Positions 8,027 through 18,894 of a DNA stretch of 64,000 nt are shown piece after piece; position 1 is the stretch's first letter, and every line of letters starts with the position of its first letter. Source of the stretch: Deltaproteobacteria bacterium (lineage in GTDB: Bacteria > JAGRBM01 > JAHCIT01); contig JAHCIT010000011.1 of the NCBI GenBank assembly GCA_026129095.1, positions 1 through 64,000 of the forward strand, written 5' to 3'. A program made the translations under genes and the position numbers. A model generated the notes under the pieces. The model was not told the origin of the DNA, searched no databases, and saw only the letters and a list, made by a program, of their open reading frames with translations.

Positions 8027-9891
8027 TGTGTGGCATCGCCGGCATGTTCGTGCCCGGTGCGGATTCCGCCGAACTCCAGCGGCGGGTCCGGGCGGCGGCC
8101 AGCCGCATCGCCCACCGGGGGCCGGACGACGAGGGCTACTACGCGCAGGAGGGGCTGGCACTTGGCCACCGCCGGCTGGTCGTGATCGACCGCACGGGCG
8201 GCGCGCAGCCGTTTACGGATTCCGGGGGCCGTGTCACTGCCGCCTACAACGGTGAAATCTACAACCACCGTGAACTCCGGCAGGAACTCGCCCCCGAGGG
8301 GGAGACCTTCACGACCCGCTCGGATACAGAGGTGCTGGTTCGAGCATTCGCACGGCGGGGCACGGATGCCTTCATCAAGCTGGATGGCATGTTCGCCGCC
8401 GCCCTGTGGAGGCACGCAGACCGGTCGCTGTTCCTGGTGCGCGATCCCGCAGGCGAGAAACCCCTGTTTTTCAGCGAGAACCCGCTTGGCCCTGGCAGTC
8501 CCGGCATTGCGTTCGCCAGCGAGGTTTACTCCCTGCTGGCACTCCTGCCCGAAGTGCCGCCGGTGGACCCGGCGGGCTTATGGTCATACCTGACCCTCGG
8601 CTATGCACGGGAACCGCGAATCCTCAAGGGTATCGGGCTGGTTCCGCCCGGAAGCTGGCTCCGCATCGAAAACGGCCGGATCACGGATCAGCAGCGGTAC
8701 TGGCGGCCCCGGTTCACCCCCGTGCATCTGCCGGAACGGGAAGCCCTACCCTGCATCCGCCGGGCAATGAAGCTCGCGGTCCAGTCCCGACTTGAAGCCG
8801 ATGTGCCGCTCGGCGCGTTCCTCTCCGGCGGAATTGATTCTTCCATCATCGTCTACGAGATGCGGCAGGCCGGGGTGGACGAGATCAACACCTTCTCGAT
8901 CGGCTTCCGGGAGGGCGAAGGTTACGACGAAAGCCCGTGGGCCCGCGAGATCGGACGGCTGCTCAACACCCATCATCATGAGCAGATGTTTGGCGTGAGC
9001 GAGGCCATCGTCGAATCGACCCTGAACGCCCTCGATGAACCGATGGCCGATTCATCGGCCATCGCCACCTGGTCGCTGGCCGAACATGCCCGCCGCCATA
9101 TCACCGTGGCACTGGGCGGCGACGGCGGGGACGAGGTGTTCTGCGGCTACGAGCGGTTCGCCGGTATCCTGCTGACCGAGCGGATACCCCTTGCCGTCCG
9201 GCGGCTGCTCTCGCCACTTGCCCCGCTCGTGCCGGACACGGGCGGCTACGGGAACCGCGGCGACCGGCTGCGGCGGCTTCTGCGGGATGGAATCCATCCG
9301 GCCGCCGAGCGGCTCCTCAGGTGGCAGGCGATCCAGCCCCCGGAACAGGCGCGCCGGTACATGACGGAACCGGCCGGCTTCGCTTCCCTCTTTCCCTGGC
9401 CGGCAGGTTCCACTCCAGGTTCAGGCTCCGTCATCCATGACATGCTGGCGGCGAACTTCGAGAGCTATATGCCTGACGACCTGCTGGTGAAGACCGACCG
9501 GATGACCATGAACCACGGGCTCGAACTCCGCTCGCCGTTTCTGGCGAAGGACGTGATCGAAACCGGCCTGACCCTTCCGGCCGATGGACTCGCCAGGGGA
9601 CTCGCGCTCAAGCGGTGGCTGAAGAAGGCCTACGAGGGGTTTCTCCCGAATCCGGTCCTGCACCGCCGGAAGCACGGCTTCGGAGTGCCTATCCACAAAT
9701 GGCTGCGGGGTGTCCTGCAGGAGTGGGCCGCCGCCCGCCTGTTCGACCGGCAGAGCCCGCTCCATGACCATGTCGATTCCGATGCTGTGCGGCTCCTGTG
9801 GAAGACCCACATGGACGGCCGGGACGGCGGCCAGCAGGTGATCTGGGCGCTGATCGTGCTGGACCACTGGCTCCGGAGAATCCGGTCATGA
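8026..9891 (+). CDS. asnB: Asparagine synthase (glutamine-hydrolysing)-like amidotransferase
   Basis: N-terminal MCGIAG, HRGPD, NGEIYN, SGGIDS, GDGGDE; TGATG overlap with the upstream stop. Confidence 0.93.
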   Translation: MCGIAGMFVPGADSAELQRRVRAAASRIAHRGPDDEGYYAQEGLALGHRRLVVIDRTGGAQPFTDSGGRVTAAYNGEIYNHRELRQELAPEGETFTTRSDTEVLVRAFARRGTDAFIKLDGMFAAALWRHADRSLFLVRDPAGEKPLFFSENPLGPGSPGIAFASEVYSLLALLPEVPPVDPAGLWSYLTLGYAREPRILKGIGLVPPGSWLRIENGRITDQQRYWRPRFTPVHLPEREALPCIRRAMKLAVQSRLEADVPLGAFLSGGIDSSIIVYEMRQAGVDEINTFSIGFREGEGYDESPWAREIGRLLNTHHHEQMFGVSEAIVESTLNALDEPMADSSAIATWSLAEHARRHITVALGGDGGDEVFCGYERFAGILLTERIPLAVRRLLSPLAPLVPDTGGYGNRGDRLRRLLRDGIHPAAERLLRWQAIQPPEQARRYMTEPAGFASLFPWPAGSTPGSGSVIHDMLAANFESYMPDDLLVKTDRMTMNHGLELRSPFLAKDVIETGLTLPADGLARGLALKRWLKKAYEGFLPNPVLHRRKHGFGVPIHKWLRGVLQEWAAARLFDRQSPLHDHVDSDAVRLLWKTHMDGRDGGQQVIWALIVLDHWLRRIRS

Positions 9892-11072
9892 GCCGTCCGC
9901 TCAGGATCGTCAGGATCATCGACCGCATGAACGTGGGTGGCCCGGCCATTCATGTCACCTTGACCAGCGAGCGGCTGAACGACGGACGCCGGTTCGAGAC
10001 ACTGCTCGTCCGCGGCGAGATCGGCCCTGACGAAGGTGACATGAGCTATCTCCTGAAGGGCCGGAACATAAAGGAAAAATACCTGCCGTCGCTGGGCAGG
10101 AGCATTTCTCCCTGGAACGACCTTTTGGTCTTTTTCCAGCTCGTCGGCCTGCTCCGCCGCGAGCGGCCGGACGTGGTGCATACGCACAAGTCGAAGGCGG
10201 GCCTTCTGGGACGGATCGCGGCCTTTATCGCCCGTGTGCCGGTGAGAATCCACACGTTCCACGGTCATGTGTTTCACGGGTATTTCTCCCCGCTGGTCTC
10301 TCGCCTCGTGGTCTGGACGGAAAAGCTGCTTGCCCTGATTACCCACCGGATTTTTGTCGTCGGCGACCAGCTCCGGATCGAGATGACCGAAAAATACCGG
10401 CTGTGTGATCCCGCAAAAATCCTCGTCGTGCCGCTGGGACTGGACCTCGGGCCTTTCGTCGAGGCGTCGGGTGAAGGCCGGGAAAAGGCCCGGCTCGCCC
10501 TGCGGCAGTCGCTCGGCGTCGATTCAGGGAAAAAGCTCGTCGGCATCGTCGGGCGGCTGACGCGGATCAAGAACCACGCGATGTTTCTCGAAGCGGCCCG
10601 GATGATTGCCGGGAAACGCGCCGATACCGATTTCGTTATCGTGGGCGGCGGGGAACTGGAAACGGAGCTTCAGGAACTGGCACGGGCGTCGGGCATTCCG
10701 GACCAGGTTCACTTCATGGGATTCCAGACGAGAACCGCACCGATCTATGCCGGCCTCGATATCATCGCACTCACATCGGACAACGAGGGAACACCGGTGA
10801 CCCTGATCGAGGCCGGGGCAGCGGGCCTGCCCGCGGTTTCGACCGATGTGGGCGCAGTGCAGACCGTGGTGATCGGGGGCGAGACCGGCTTCATGGTGCC
10901 GAAGGGCGATGCCGCCGCACTCGCGGAGAAGATAATGATGCTGCTCGACGATACAGAACTTCGCATGCGGCTCGGTGCGGCCGCCCGCCGTCATGTGACA
11001 TCTAATTTTTCCATCGAACGGCTGTGCGACACGCTGGGGCGTTTGTACGAAGAACTGGCCGCAAGGAAGTAA
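9888..11072 (+). CDS. Glycosyltransferase family 4
   Basis: NVGGPA, HTFHGH, VGRLTRIKN, NEGTPVTLIE; ATGA overlap. Confidence 0.92.
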   Translation: MSRPLRIVRIIDRMNVGGPAIHVTLTSERLNDGRRFETLLVRGEIGPDEGDMSYLLKGRNIKEKYLPSLGRSISPWNDLLVFFQLVGLLRRERPDVVHTHKSKAGLLGRIAAFIARVPVRIHTFHGHVFHGYFSPLVSRLVVWTEKLLALITHRIFVVGDQLRIEMTEKYRLCDPAKILVVPLGLDLGPFVEASGEGREKARLALRQSLGVDSGKKLVGIVGRLTRIKNHAMFLEAARMIAGKRADTDFVIVGGGELETELQELARASGIPDQVHFMGFQTRTAPIYAGLDIIALTSDNEGTPVTLIEAGAAGLPAVSTDVGAVQTVVIGGETGFMVPKGDAAALAEKIMMLLDDTELRMRLGAAARRHVTSNFSIERLCDTLGRLYEELAARK

Positions 11073-11073
11073 C

Positions 11074-12297
11074 CTAGCCCAGTTTTACTTTTGCCCAGGA
11101 ACGTTTCCCGGCCTTGATGACGAGGTCGGCAGGCGGGTCGTAGCGCTGCTTCACATTCGTCACCTTTTCCCCGTTGACAGTGACTGCATTTGCCTCGATC
11201 TTCCGCCGGGCATCCTTTTTAGACTCGGCTATCTTCGCCTCGACCATCAGGTCAGCGAGATCCCGTCCGCCGGTGAAGGAAAACTCCGGCATATCTTCCG
11301 GCGTCTCGCCCTTGGAGAACTGGGCTTCCCAGTCCTGCTGCGCCTTCCGGGCGGCTTCCCCGCCGTGATAGCGGGTCACGATCTCGCGGGCGAGGGACTT
11401 CTTGGCATCCATCGGGTGGCCCGTCTTGCGCCGGGCAATCTCATCCAAAGGCTCGGCCGAGAGAAGCTCGTAGTACTTCCACATCAGGTCATCTGAAATG
11501 CTCATCAGCTTGCCAAACTGCTCGAACGGGGGTTCGGTGATGCCGACGTAGTTGCCGAGCGACTTCGACATCTTCTCGATGCCCCGGATCCCCTCCAGGA
11601 GCGGCATCGTCAGGATGCACTGGGGCCGCTGGCCATAGGACTCCTGAAGGGCGCGACCCACCAGGAGATTGAACCTCTGGTCGTTTCCGCCCAGCTCCAC
11701 GTCTGCCTGAAGTGCCACTGAATCGTACCCCTGCACCAGCGGATACAGGAACTCGTGAATGTGGATCGGCGTGTGGCCCAGATACCTCTTGCTGAAGTCG
11801 TCCCGCTCCAGGATGCGCGCAACCGTGTAGTGGGCGGCGAGTTTCACCATGTCACTCGCGGACATCCTGTCCATCCACTCGCCATTGAAACGGACTTCGG
11901 TTTTTGCCGGATCGAGGATCCTGAATACCTGCGCCTTGTAGGTCTCGGCATTCTTCCTGATCTCGTCTTCCGAAAGCGGCGGACGGGTTTCGTTCTTCCC
12001 CGTCGGGTCGCCGATCTTTCCGGTAAAGTCACCGATGAGGAAAACCACCGTATGCCCCAGCTCCTGGAAATGCCGCATCTTGTGGATGAGAACCGTGTGG
12101 CCTAGGTGCAGGTCCGGAGCCGTCGGATCGAACCCGGCCTTCACGCGGAGCGGCTTTCCCGTGGCGACGGAGCGGCGAAGCTTTTCCTTCAACTCCGGCT
12201 CCGGAACGATCTCCACCGCCCCGCGGCAGATCAGTTCCCACTGGCGCAGGAAGTCGCGCTCCTGCGCGTCATTCAGCCTGGTTTCGTCCGTGGTCAC
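11074..12297 (-). CDS. tyrS: Tyrosine--tRNA ligase
   Basis: [19 protein letters not shown]-terminal S4-like domain. Confidence 0.97.
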   Translation of the reverse strand: MTTDETRLNDAQERDFLRQWELICRGAVEIVPEPELKEKLRRSVATGKPLRVKAGFDPTAPDLHLGHTVLIHKMRHFQELGHTVVFLIGDFTGKIGDPTGKNETRPPLSEDEIRKNAETYKAQVFRILDPAKTEVRFNGEWMDRMSASDMVKLAAHYTVARILERDDFSKRYLGHTPIHIHEFLYPLVQGYDSVALQADVELGGNDQRFNLLVGRALQESYGQRPQCILTMPLLEGIRGIEKMSKSLGNYVGITEPPFEQFGKLMSISDDLMWKYYELLSAEPLDEIARRKTGHPMDAKKSLAREIVTRYHGGEAARKAQQDWEAQFSKGETPEDMPEFSFTGGRDLADLMVEAKIAESKKDARRKIEANAVTVNGEKVTNVKQRYDPPADLVIKAGKRSWAKVKLG

Positions 12298-13112
12298 GCG
12301 GTTTTCTTTTCTTCCCGGCCACCGTCCAGCGGGCGGTTCACCCGCACGATGGACCGGCTTTGCCCGGTCGCCGTGTCAATGTCCAGCACCACGCCACACA
12401 GGCGGGCGCCACCGCCGGCCATTTCGCCCTTTTCGGGAATCTTGCGCACGAACCGGCGGACTGAAATCTCCGCATTCATGCCGATCACCGAATCGTAGGG
12501 GCCGGTCATCCCTGCGTCGGTAATATAGGCGCACCCGCCGGGCAATATCCGCTCGTCGGCCGTCTGCACGTGCGTGTGGGTGCCGATCACGGCGCTCGCC
12601 CGGCCGTCACAGAAAACCCCCATTGCCTGCTTTTCGGAGGTCGTCTCGGCGTGCATGTCCACCAGGATACAGGGAGTCTCGTTCCGGAGTCCCTCCAGCG
12701 CCCGGTCCACTGCTTCCCATGGATCCGCAGGAACCGGGTTCATGAAAACCGCGCCCATCACGCAAACGACCCCGATTTTCACCCCGCCGGGGGCATCGAT
12801 CACCGTCATGCCCCGCCCCGGCGTACGCGAGGGATAGTTCACCGGCCGGAGCAGCAGCGGGCAGTCGCCCCGGTCCATCGGGTCGATGATCTCGTGCCGG
12901 TCAAAGATGTGGTTACCGCTTGTCAGACAGTCAGCCCCGGCCTGCACCAGTTCCCTGTATATATCCGGCGTAATGCCGTGACCGGTGGCGGCGTTCTCGC
13001 AGTTGGCCACCACCACGTCAACCCCGAACTCGCGGATCACGCCCGGAAGCAGCGTCCGGAACGCCTTGCGCCCCGCCGGGCCGAAAATATCGCCTGAAAA
13101 AAAGAGTTTCAT
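12294..13112 (-). CDS. ymdB: YmdB-family metallophosphoesterase
   Basis: [35 protein letters not shown]; follows rny. Confidence 0.93.
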   Translation of the reverse strand: MKLFFSGDIFGPAGRKAFRTLLPGVIREFGVDVVVANCENAATGHGITPDIYRELVQAGADCLTSGNHIFDRHEIIDPMDRGDCPLLLRPVNYPSRTPGRGMTVIDAPGGVKIGVVCVMGAVFMNPVPADPWEAVDRALEGLRNETPCILVDMHAETTSEKQAMGVFCDGRASAVIGTHTHVQTADERILPGGCAYITDAGMTGPYDSVIGMNAEISVRRFVRKIPEKGEMAGGGARLCGVVLDIDTATGQSRSIVRVNRPLDGGREEKKTA

Positions 13113-13126
13113 TGTTTCCGGACCGG

Positions 13127-14710
13127 TTACCTCGCAAACTCCGTCGCCCGCGTCTCGCGGAATACCGTGATCTTGATCTGGCCAGGGTAAGTGACCTCGG
13201 CCTCGATCTTCTTCGCGATTTCCTTCGAGAGCGCATAGGCCTCGTCGTCCGACACCTTGCTGTTGTCCACCATGATCCGGAGTTCCCGGCCCGCCTGCAC
13301 GGCATAGCTGCGCTCGACGCCGGGGAAGCTGCTGGCGATCTTCTCAAGCGACTCGACCCGCTTTACGTACGATTCCATCTGTTCGCGGCGGCTGCCCGGC
13401 CGGGCAGCCGAGAGGGCGTCGGCGGCCTGGGTGATGGCGGCCCAGATGGTCGGCGGATCGTCGTCATGGTGGCAGGAAACGCCCACGATCACGTCCTCCT
13501 TCTCGCCGTATTTTCTCAGCAGGTCGCCGCCGATATAGGCGTGCGGCCCTTCCACGTCATGCGAAACCGCCTTTCCGATATCGTGCAGCAGGCCGCAGCG
13601 GCGGGCGACAGGCACGTTGAGCTTCAGCTCGGAAGCCATGATCCCGCACAGGAAGGCCACCTCCATCGAATGGGTGAGCTGGTTCTGCGTATAGCTGGTC
13701 CGGTATTTGAGGGAACCCAGCAGCTTGAGGATTTCGGGATGGACACCTGTCAGTCCGAGGTCCATCACCGCCTGGTCGGCGGCCTCCTTGCAGGATTTCT
13801 CCACCTCGCGCTCGGACTTGGCGACCACTTCCTCGATCCGGGCCGGATGGATACGGCCGTCGGCGATCAGTTTCTCCAGCGACCGCTTGGCCACCTCCCG
13901 CCGGAGCGGATTGTAGCCGGAAATGACGATCGTCTCCGGCGTGTCATCGATGATGAAGTCCATGCCGGTGGCGACTTCCAGGGCGCGGATGTTGCGCCCC
14001 TCGCGGCCGATGATGCGGCCCTTGATCTCGTCGCCCGGTATCTTGACGACGCTGACCATGCGTTCGGCGGCATAGTCGCCCGAATAGCGGTTGATGGCGA
14101 GGGCGATGATCTTTTTGGCGCTCTCCTCGACCTTCTCCTTCGCCTGCGTCTCAAGCTGGCGGGCAATACGGGCCGCCTCCAGCTTTGCGTCTTCCTCGAC
14201 CGATGAGAGAAGCTGCTTTCTGGCTTCCTCGGCCGTCAGCGAGGCCACCTGTTCCAGCTGCTTCTGGAGTGCCGTCTGCTTTTCCTTTACGGCCACCTGT
14301 TGCGTCTCCAGCGACCGCAGCCGGTCGGCATAACCCGCCTCGGTGCGTTTCAGGTTTTCCTGCTGCGTCTTGAGATCCCGCTCCTCGCGCTGAAGCCGGT
14401 CCAGACGGTCCTGCACGTCGCGTTCCTTGTCCCGCATCCGGCGCTCGGACTTTTCCGCTTCCTTCAGGGCGTCGCGGGCATCCCGTTCGAGTTCCTCCCG
14501 CGTGCGCTGGGCCTTGTCACGGGCCTTCTCGACGATCTCCTTCTCGATCTCCCGCGCCCGCATCTCGGCCTTCTTCACCATGTCCTCGCGCAGCCGCTGG
14601 GCATCGCCGAGCATCTTCTGCTCACGGCTCCGGCCCAGCACCATCACACCCACCACACCAAGTATCAGTCCCGCCACGCCGGCCCCCGCCGGCACCAGAT
14701 ATTCCATCAC
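13127..14710 (-). CDS. rny: Ribonuclease Y
   Basis: N-terminal TM, coiled coil, KH motif KGRIIGREGRNIR, HD motif LLHDIGK, ARPGSRRE. Confidence 0.97.
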   Translation of the reverse strand: MMEYLVPAGAGVAGLILGVVGVMVLGRSREQKMLGDAQRLREDMVKKAEMRAREIEKEIVEKARDKAQRTREELERDARDALKEAEKSERRMRDKERDVQDRLDRLQREERDLKTQQENLKRTEAGYADRLRSLETQQVAVKEKQTALQKQLEQVASLTAEEARKQLLSSVEEDAKLEAARIARQLETQAKEKVEESAKKIIALAINRYSGDYAAERMVSVVKIPGDEIKGRIIGREGRNIRALEVATGMDFIIDDTPETIVISGYNPLRREVAKRSLEKLIADGRIHPARIEEVVAKSEREVEKSCKEAADQAVMDLGLTGVHPEILKLLGSLKYRTSYTQNQLTHSMEVAFLCGIMASELKLNVPVARRCGLLHDIGKAVSHDVEGPHAYIGGDLLRKYGEKEDVIVGVSCHHDDDPPTIWAAITQAADALSAARPGSRREQMESYVKRVESLEKIASSFPGVERSYAVQAGRELRIMVDNSKVSDDEAYALSKEIAKKIEAEVTYPGQIKITVFRETRATEFAR

Positions 14711-15292
14711 TCAATCTCCCTGCTGTTTCCGGATTCGCAGGTCGCGGGTCTCGGTCACCAGCCGGTGAACCGGCCGGTCCCACGCCTCACGGGGCAGTTC
14801 ATCCACAACGAAGGCATCGGCCGCCACGCCAACGCTCACACCCCGGAATCCGGCATCGCCGAGAACCCGGTCATAAAATCCCTTGCCGCGCCCCAGCCGG
14901 TAGCCGGCGAGATCGAACGCAAGCCCCGGTACCAGCAGCACGTCTATTTCCGCCAGCGGGACCAGTTCGGCCGCCGGTGCGGGCTCCCTCAGCCCGAACG
15001 CCCCTGCCACAAACGGTCCCGATGCTTTCGCCGCCCGGAACTCCATCTGTCCTTCACCGGTGACACGTGGCCAGGCGAGCCGGGCACCCCGGCTCTCTAT
15101 TTCGACTGCAACGGCCGTGAGATCGGGCTCCGGCTGGGCGGCGCAAAAGAGCGCCACCGTCCGGGCAGATCGCAATGTTTCCATGCCCGTCAGGCGTTCG
15201 GAGATGGAACCCGACACGGTTCGATCCGGAGGTGGGATTTCGCGCCGGAACCGGTTCCGGAGGGCCGCCTTGGATTCGGACGCGGTAACCAT
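14711..15292 (-). CDS. 5-formyltetrahydrofolate cyclo-ligase
   Basis: VPGLAFD...GYRLGRGKGFYDR motif; conserved position between 6S RNA and rny. Confidence 0.93.
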   Translation of the reverse strand: MVTASESKAALRNRFRREIPPPDRTVSGSISERLTGMETLRSARTVALFCAAQPEPDLTAVAVEIESRGARLAWPRVTGEGQMEFRAAKASGPFVAGAFGLREPAPAAELVPLAEIDVLLVPGLAFDLAGYRLGRGKGFYDRVLGDAGFRGVSVGVAADAFVVDELPREAWDRPVHRLVTETRDLRIRKQQGD

Positions 15293-15422
15293 CGCTTCTG
15301 CCAGGGCCTTTCCGCCCCGGACCCCGCCCGGTTTGTCGCAAAACCGAACGCCGGTCCTAGGCTGACAGACCTTTCACGAAGGAGGAAACGCCGGAACTAC
15401 TGGTGCACCAGGCAAAAGGGAC

Positions 15423-15656
15423 TCAGCACCGCAGGCCGCCAAAGCGGCCGGAACTTCCGGGTGGTGAGGCGGGCCGCACCCAGGTGCGGCGCTGTTTTGC
15501 ATGATAAGCCGGCAAGCGGCCCGGGATGATGCCGGAACGGGGAGCGGCCGGCTGCGCCAGCGCCCCCTCAAGCCCATCCTGGTCCGCACGGACGAACGCG
15601 CCCACCGCAGTCCAGAAGACTGCCAGAAGCACGAAAATCGCAACGATTCCTGTCAT
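15423..15656 (-). CDS. Possible small membrane-anchored hypothetical protein (77 aa)
   Basis: ATG at 15656 gives a hydrophobic N-terminus, MTGIVAIFVLLAVFWTAVGAFV. The remainder is low-complexity and may be spurious. Confidence 0.3.
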   Translation of the reverse strand: MTGIVAIFVLLAVFWTAVGAFVRADQDGLEGALAQPAAPRSGIIPGRLPAYHAKQRRTWVRPASPPGSSGRFGGLRC

Positions 15657-15775
15657 TCGGTCAAGGTCTTTGTCATTACTGGCCGCCCGGAAAATCCGGT
15701 GGCCGAACCGGAAAAAGTATACCCCGTGGCCGGAAGCGGTTGCAACCGGGACACGGGGCATGATTGCGGATAATA

Positions 15776-15973
15776 CCCCCAGAACGCCGTGCTGCCGTCG
15801 TGTTCCTGAGACCCGCTGTTAGCAGGTGGGCGTCGTAAACCGGCATCCGATATGGGTTCCCGCCCGGACCGCAAGCGGTCAGCGGCCTCCCCGGCGCCGG
15901 CTGGAACAACTCCCAGGAATTTGGAATAGGCTCAGAGAACTTGTAACGGTCTGTTCACGTACGCCCCAGGGGA
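15776..15973 (-). ncRNA. ssrS: 6S RNA
   Basis: Minus-strand ends CCCCTGGGGCGTACGTG...CACGGCGTTCTGGGGG pair into a closing stem. Internal TGAGCC...GGGAG and CCCACCTG...GGGTCTCA flank a central bubble. About 198 nt, upstream of the 5-FTHF cyclo-ligase as is typical. Confidence 0.88.
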
Positions 15974-16233
15974 ATTTCAAACCTGTATGTCTGCGGCAGG
16001 CCCCGCCTCCCTGAACCGTTCCGCACCGGAACGGCCTTGCGCGCCTGCCAACAGCTACCAGTAGTGCTACGGAACCGCCCCGCTGGCAATACCCCCGGCC
16101 CCGGCAAGCGTGTATCTGGCCGAAAGCACGGCTGATTTTTTTTAGTTGACGCTTAGGTTATACAAGCGGCTGCCGCTCCGGAGCCTTCTGACCGGGCAAC
16201 CGGGACAACTCCGCCCAGCGAGACGGGAACTCA

Positions 16234-17556
16234 ATGATCTGGCGCTTTATCGTCACCGTTTACATTTTCCTCAAATATGCCCTGATCAAGCTCGCCGACA
16301 TGCTCATGGTCCGGCGGATCGGTTTCTTGCTGACGGGGCGGAACTATTTTCCGCTGACCACACCGGTCCTGATGCGCAAGGCTTTCGAGGATCTCGGACC
16401 GACCTACATCAAGCTGGCGCAGATCATTGCCTCCAGCGAGGGGCTTTTCCCCAAGGCTTACTCCGAGGAGTTCCGCAAATGCCTTGACCGGGTTCCGCCG
16501 TTCTCGTTCCATGAGGTCGAACGCATCCTGCAGGAGGAGTTCGGCCGTCCGTTCAAGCAGGTTTACCGGACCTTCGAGGTGAAGCCGATCGCCGCCGCCT
16601 CGATCGCCCAGGTCCATTTCGCCACGCTCTCCAGCGGCGAGGAAGTGGTCGTCAAGATCCAGCGCCCCCATATCGAGGAGCGCGTCGTGAACGACATGAA
16701 GATCATGGGCCTTATCGCCCGGATCATCCAGGCTGTCGTGCCCCATGCCGAACTGGCCAATCCGGTCGGCGTCGTGGAGGATTTCCGCAGCACGATCGTC
16801 CAGGAACTGGATTTCCGTCTTGAAGGCAGGAACATGGACCAGTTCAACGAGATCATGAAGCTCGCCGACAACTCCTCCGTGGTCGCACCGCTTGTCTACT
16901 GGGACTATACCACCAAGCGCGTCCTGACGATGGAGCGGTTCAAGGGCTGGCGGGTGGACGACTACGAAGGCATCCTCGCCTCGCCTTACAACAGCGAGGA
17001 AAAGCTCGTCGCGGGCCTCCGCGGCTGGTTCCAGTGCATCATCCTGCACGGGTTCTTTCACGGCGATGTCCACGCCGGGAACCTGATGCTCCTGCACGAC
17101 GGACGGATCGGGTTCCTCGACTTCGGCATCATCGGCCGGTTCGACGAGCAGAAGAAGGTCATGGTGATGGAATACATCATGGCCTTCCAGCGCGGGAACT
17201 TCAGCAAGCTGGCACAGGTGCTGGTCGACATGGGAAGCGTGAGCCAGAAGGTCGATGTGGAACAGATGGCCAAGGATCTGGAAGGCTGCTACGGGCCATG
17301 GCTGACGACCAGCTTTTCAAATCTCAAGATCGGCGAGGTCCTTCCTGACGTCATGCGCGTGTCGGTCAAGCACAGGATGCGGCTCCCCAACGAATTCGTC
17401 CTGATCACCAAGCAGCTTCTCTATTTCGACAAGTACGCGAAGAACCTCGCGCCCAAGCTCAACATCTTCAACGACGCAAGGCTGGTCAACTTCATGCTGG
17501 CAGATTTCCAGATGGCCCAGAAACTGAAGGGCTCCCAGGCTCGCGGCACCGCCTGA
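16234..17556 (+). CDS. ABC1/AarF/UbiB-family atypical kinase
   Basis: LGPTYIKLAQ, AAASIAQVH, VVKIQRP, HGDVHAGN, DFG. Confidence 0.92.
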   Translation: MIWRFIVTVYIFLKYALIKLADMLMVRRIGFLLTGRNYFPLTTPVLMRKAFEDLGPTYIKLAQIIASSEGLFPKAYSEEFRKCLDRVPPFSFHEVERILQEEFGRPFKQVYRTFEVKPIAAASIAQVHFATLSSGEEVVVKIQRPHIEERVVNDMKIMGLIARIIQAVVPHAELANPVGVVEDFRSTIVQELDFRLEGRNMDQFNEIMKLADNSSVVAPLVYWDYTTKRVLTMERFKGWRVDDYEGILASPYNSEEKLVAGLRGWFQCIILHGFFHGDVHAGNLMLLHDGRIGFLDFGIIGRFDEQKKVMVMEYIMAFQRGNFSKLAQVLVDMGSVSQKVDVEQMAKDLEGCYGPWLTTSFSNLKIGEVLPDVMRVSVKHRMRLPNEFVLITKQLLYFDKYAKNLAPKLNIFNDARLVNFMLADFQMAQKLKGSQARGTA

Positions 17557-17565
17557 TATCTGCAG

Positions 17566-18828
17566 CTATCTGCCCTGCTGCCACGGACGGCTGAAGAAAT
17601 CGAACAGCAGCGCGTTCAGGATTCCCGTACCCAGGTACTGATAGGGCACATAAACCATCCCGCACCGGCCATCGAGTTCGCGGAAGAAGAAAATGTCCGT
17701 GTCCATCGGCCGGGCTGATCCGGAGTACACGTAATAGAGTTTCGTCAGATCCACCTTGCGGGTGACATAGGGAAAGCTCTCGTCGCACGCGACCGGCATT
17801 CCCCAGGAAAACCGGAGCAGGTCCCGGAGCGTGTCGCCCAGTTCCGGCGGCACGCCAAACCGCTTCTGGAACAGGAAATCCACCGTGATGGAGTGCGACT
17901 CGGTTTTCCTGGCTCCGCTCAGGTCCATCGTCAGGATTTTCGACAGGTCTCCCTTTCCCTTGTCGCGGATTTCGGGGAGGTTGAACGTGAGGCGGTGGAT
18001 GTAAAGCTGGTTGAGGGCCTTCTCCACCTTTGCAGCCGACTGCGAAACGAAATACTCCGGCGGAAGCGACGTCGCCTCGGCAGCGACCTGGGCGACTCCC
18101 GGCGCAAAGTTGCGGGCGATGGCAGCGTAGGACTTCAGATCGCCCTTGGGTGCCGCCTTCACCCGCTCGGACATTTCCAGAATCAGTTTGGAATAGCGGG
18201 TCGTGAACCGGACGAGCTTGCCTTCAACCCCCGGCACGTTTTCCAGCTTTTCGAGCTTCTGCTTTTCCGGCTCGCCGAGGTTTCCAAGCGGGCTGTCGCC
18301 CCCCAGGATGGAATCGAGGGATGGCTCGTCTCCGGCTGGTGAGCGGCTCAGGGCCGGATTGCCCGGACGGGGCACCGCAGTCTTCGCCGGCGGGGCTTTC
18401 GTTCCCGGCGCGGCGCTTTTGCCCGGCTTGATCAGGCCGGCCCAGGCTGTGCTGCCCTTCGCATTGGTCATGTACTGCCGGGCCTTTTCGACCTGTGCAA
18501 CCGGATGGTCCTCGGTAAGGCCCAGCAGCTTACGCCCCAGCAGCACGATGACCCCCTCCACCAGATCCTGGACGAGATTCTCCTCGTTCAGGTCAAACTG
18601 GACAGTCGAGGTCTCCGTGTCGGATTTAAAGATGTTCAGCAGGTAGTTCGCGACATCTTCGGAACTGGCCTGCTTCAGGTCCTGAAGCGCCAGCTTCTGG
18701 CCGGAACGGCCGATCACCAGGATGAGGCAGTACTGAACGGCCCCCGCAGCGTTGGTGACGTTGGTGATGACATGGAGCTTGTTTTGCCCGGAGCCACGGC
18801 TGACAAGCTTGAAGCGGAGTTCCTGCAC
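17566..18828 (-). CDS. Hypothetical protein (420 aa)
   Basis: Long ORF with normal composition, co-oriented downstream of recO; no recognised motif. Confidence 0.75.
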   Translation of the reverse strand: MQELRFKLVSRGSGQNKLHVITNVTNAAGAVQYCLILVIGRSGQKLALQDLKQASSEDVANYLLNIFKSDTETSTVQFDLNEENLVQDLVEGVIVLLGRKLLGLTEDHPVAQVEKARQYMTNAKGSTAWAGLIKPGKSAAPGTKAPPAKTAVPRPGNPALSRSPAGDEPSLDSILGGDSPLGNLGEPEKQKLEKLENVPGVEGKLVRFTTRYSKLILEMSERVKAAPKGDLKSYAAIARNFAPGVAQVAAEATSLPPEYFVSQSAAKVEKALNQLYIHRLTFNLPEIRDKGKGDLSKILTMDLSGARKTESHSITVDFLFQKRFGVPPELGDTLRDLLRFSWGMPVACDESFPYVTRKVDLTKLYYVYSGSARPMDTDIFFFRELDGRCGMVYVPYQYLGTGILNALLFDFFSRPWQQGR

Positions 18829-18894
18829 CTTAATTCTACGTCCTGGATCTGGCCGAATTCGTTTCTTTCCGGATACCCGCTTCCGGGTTCCGTT

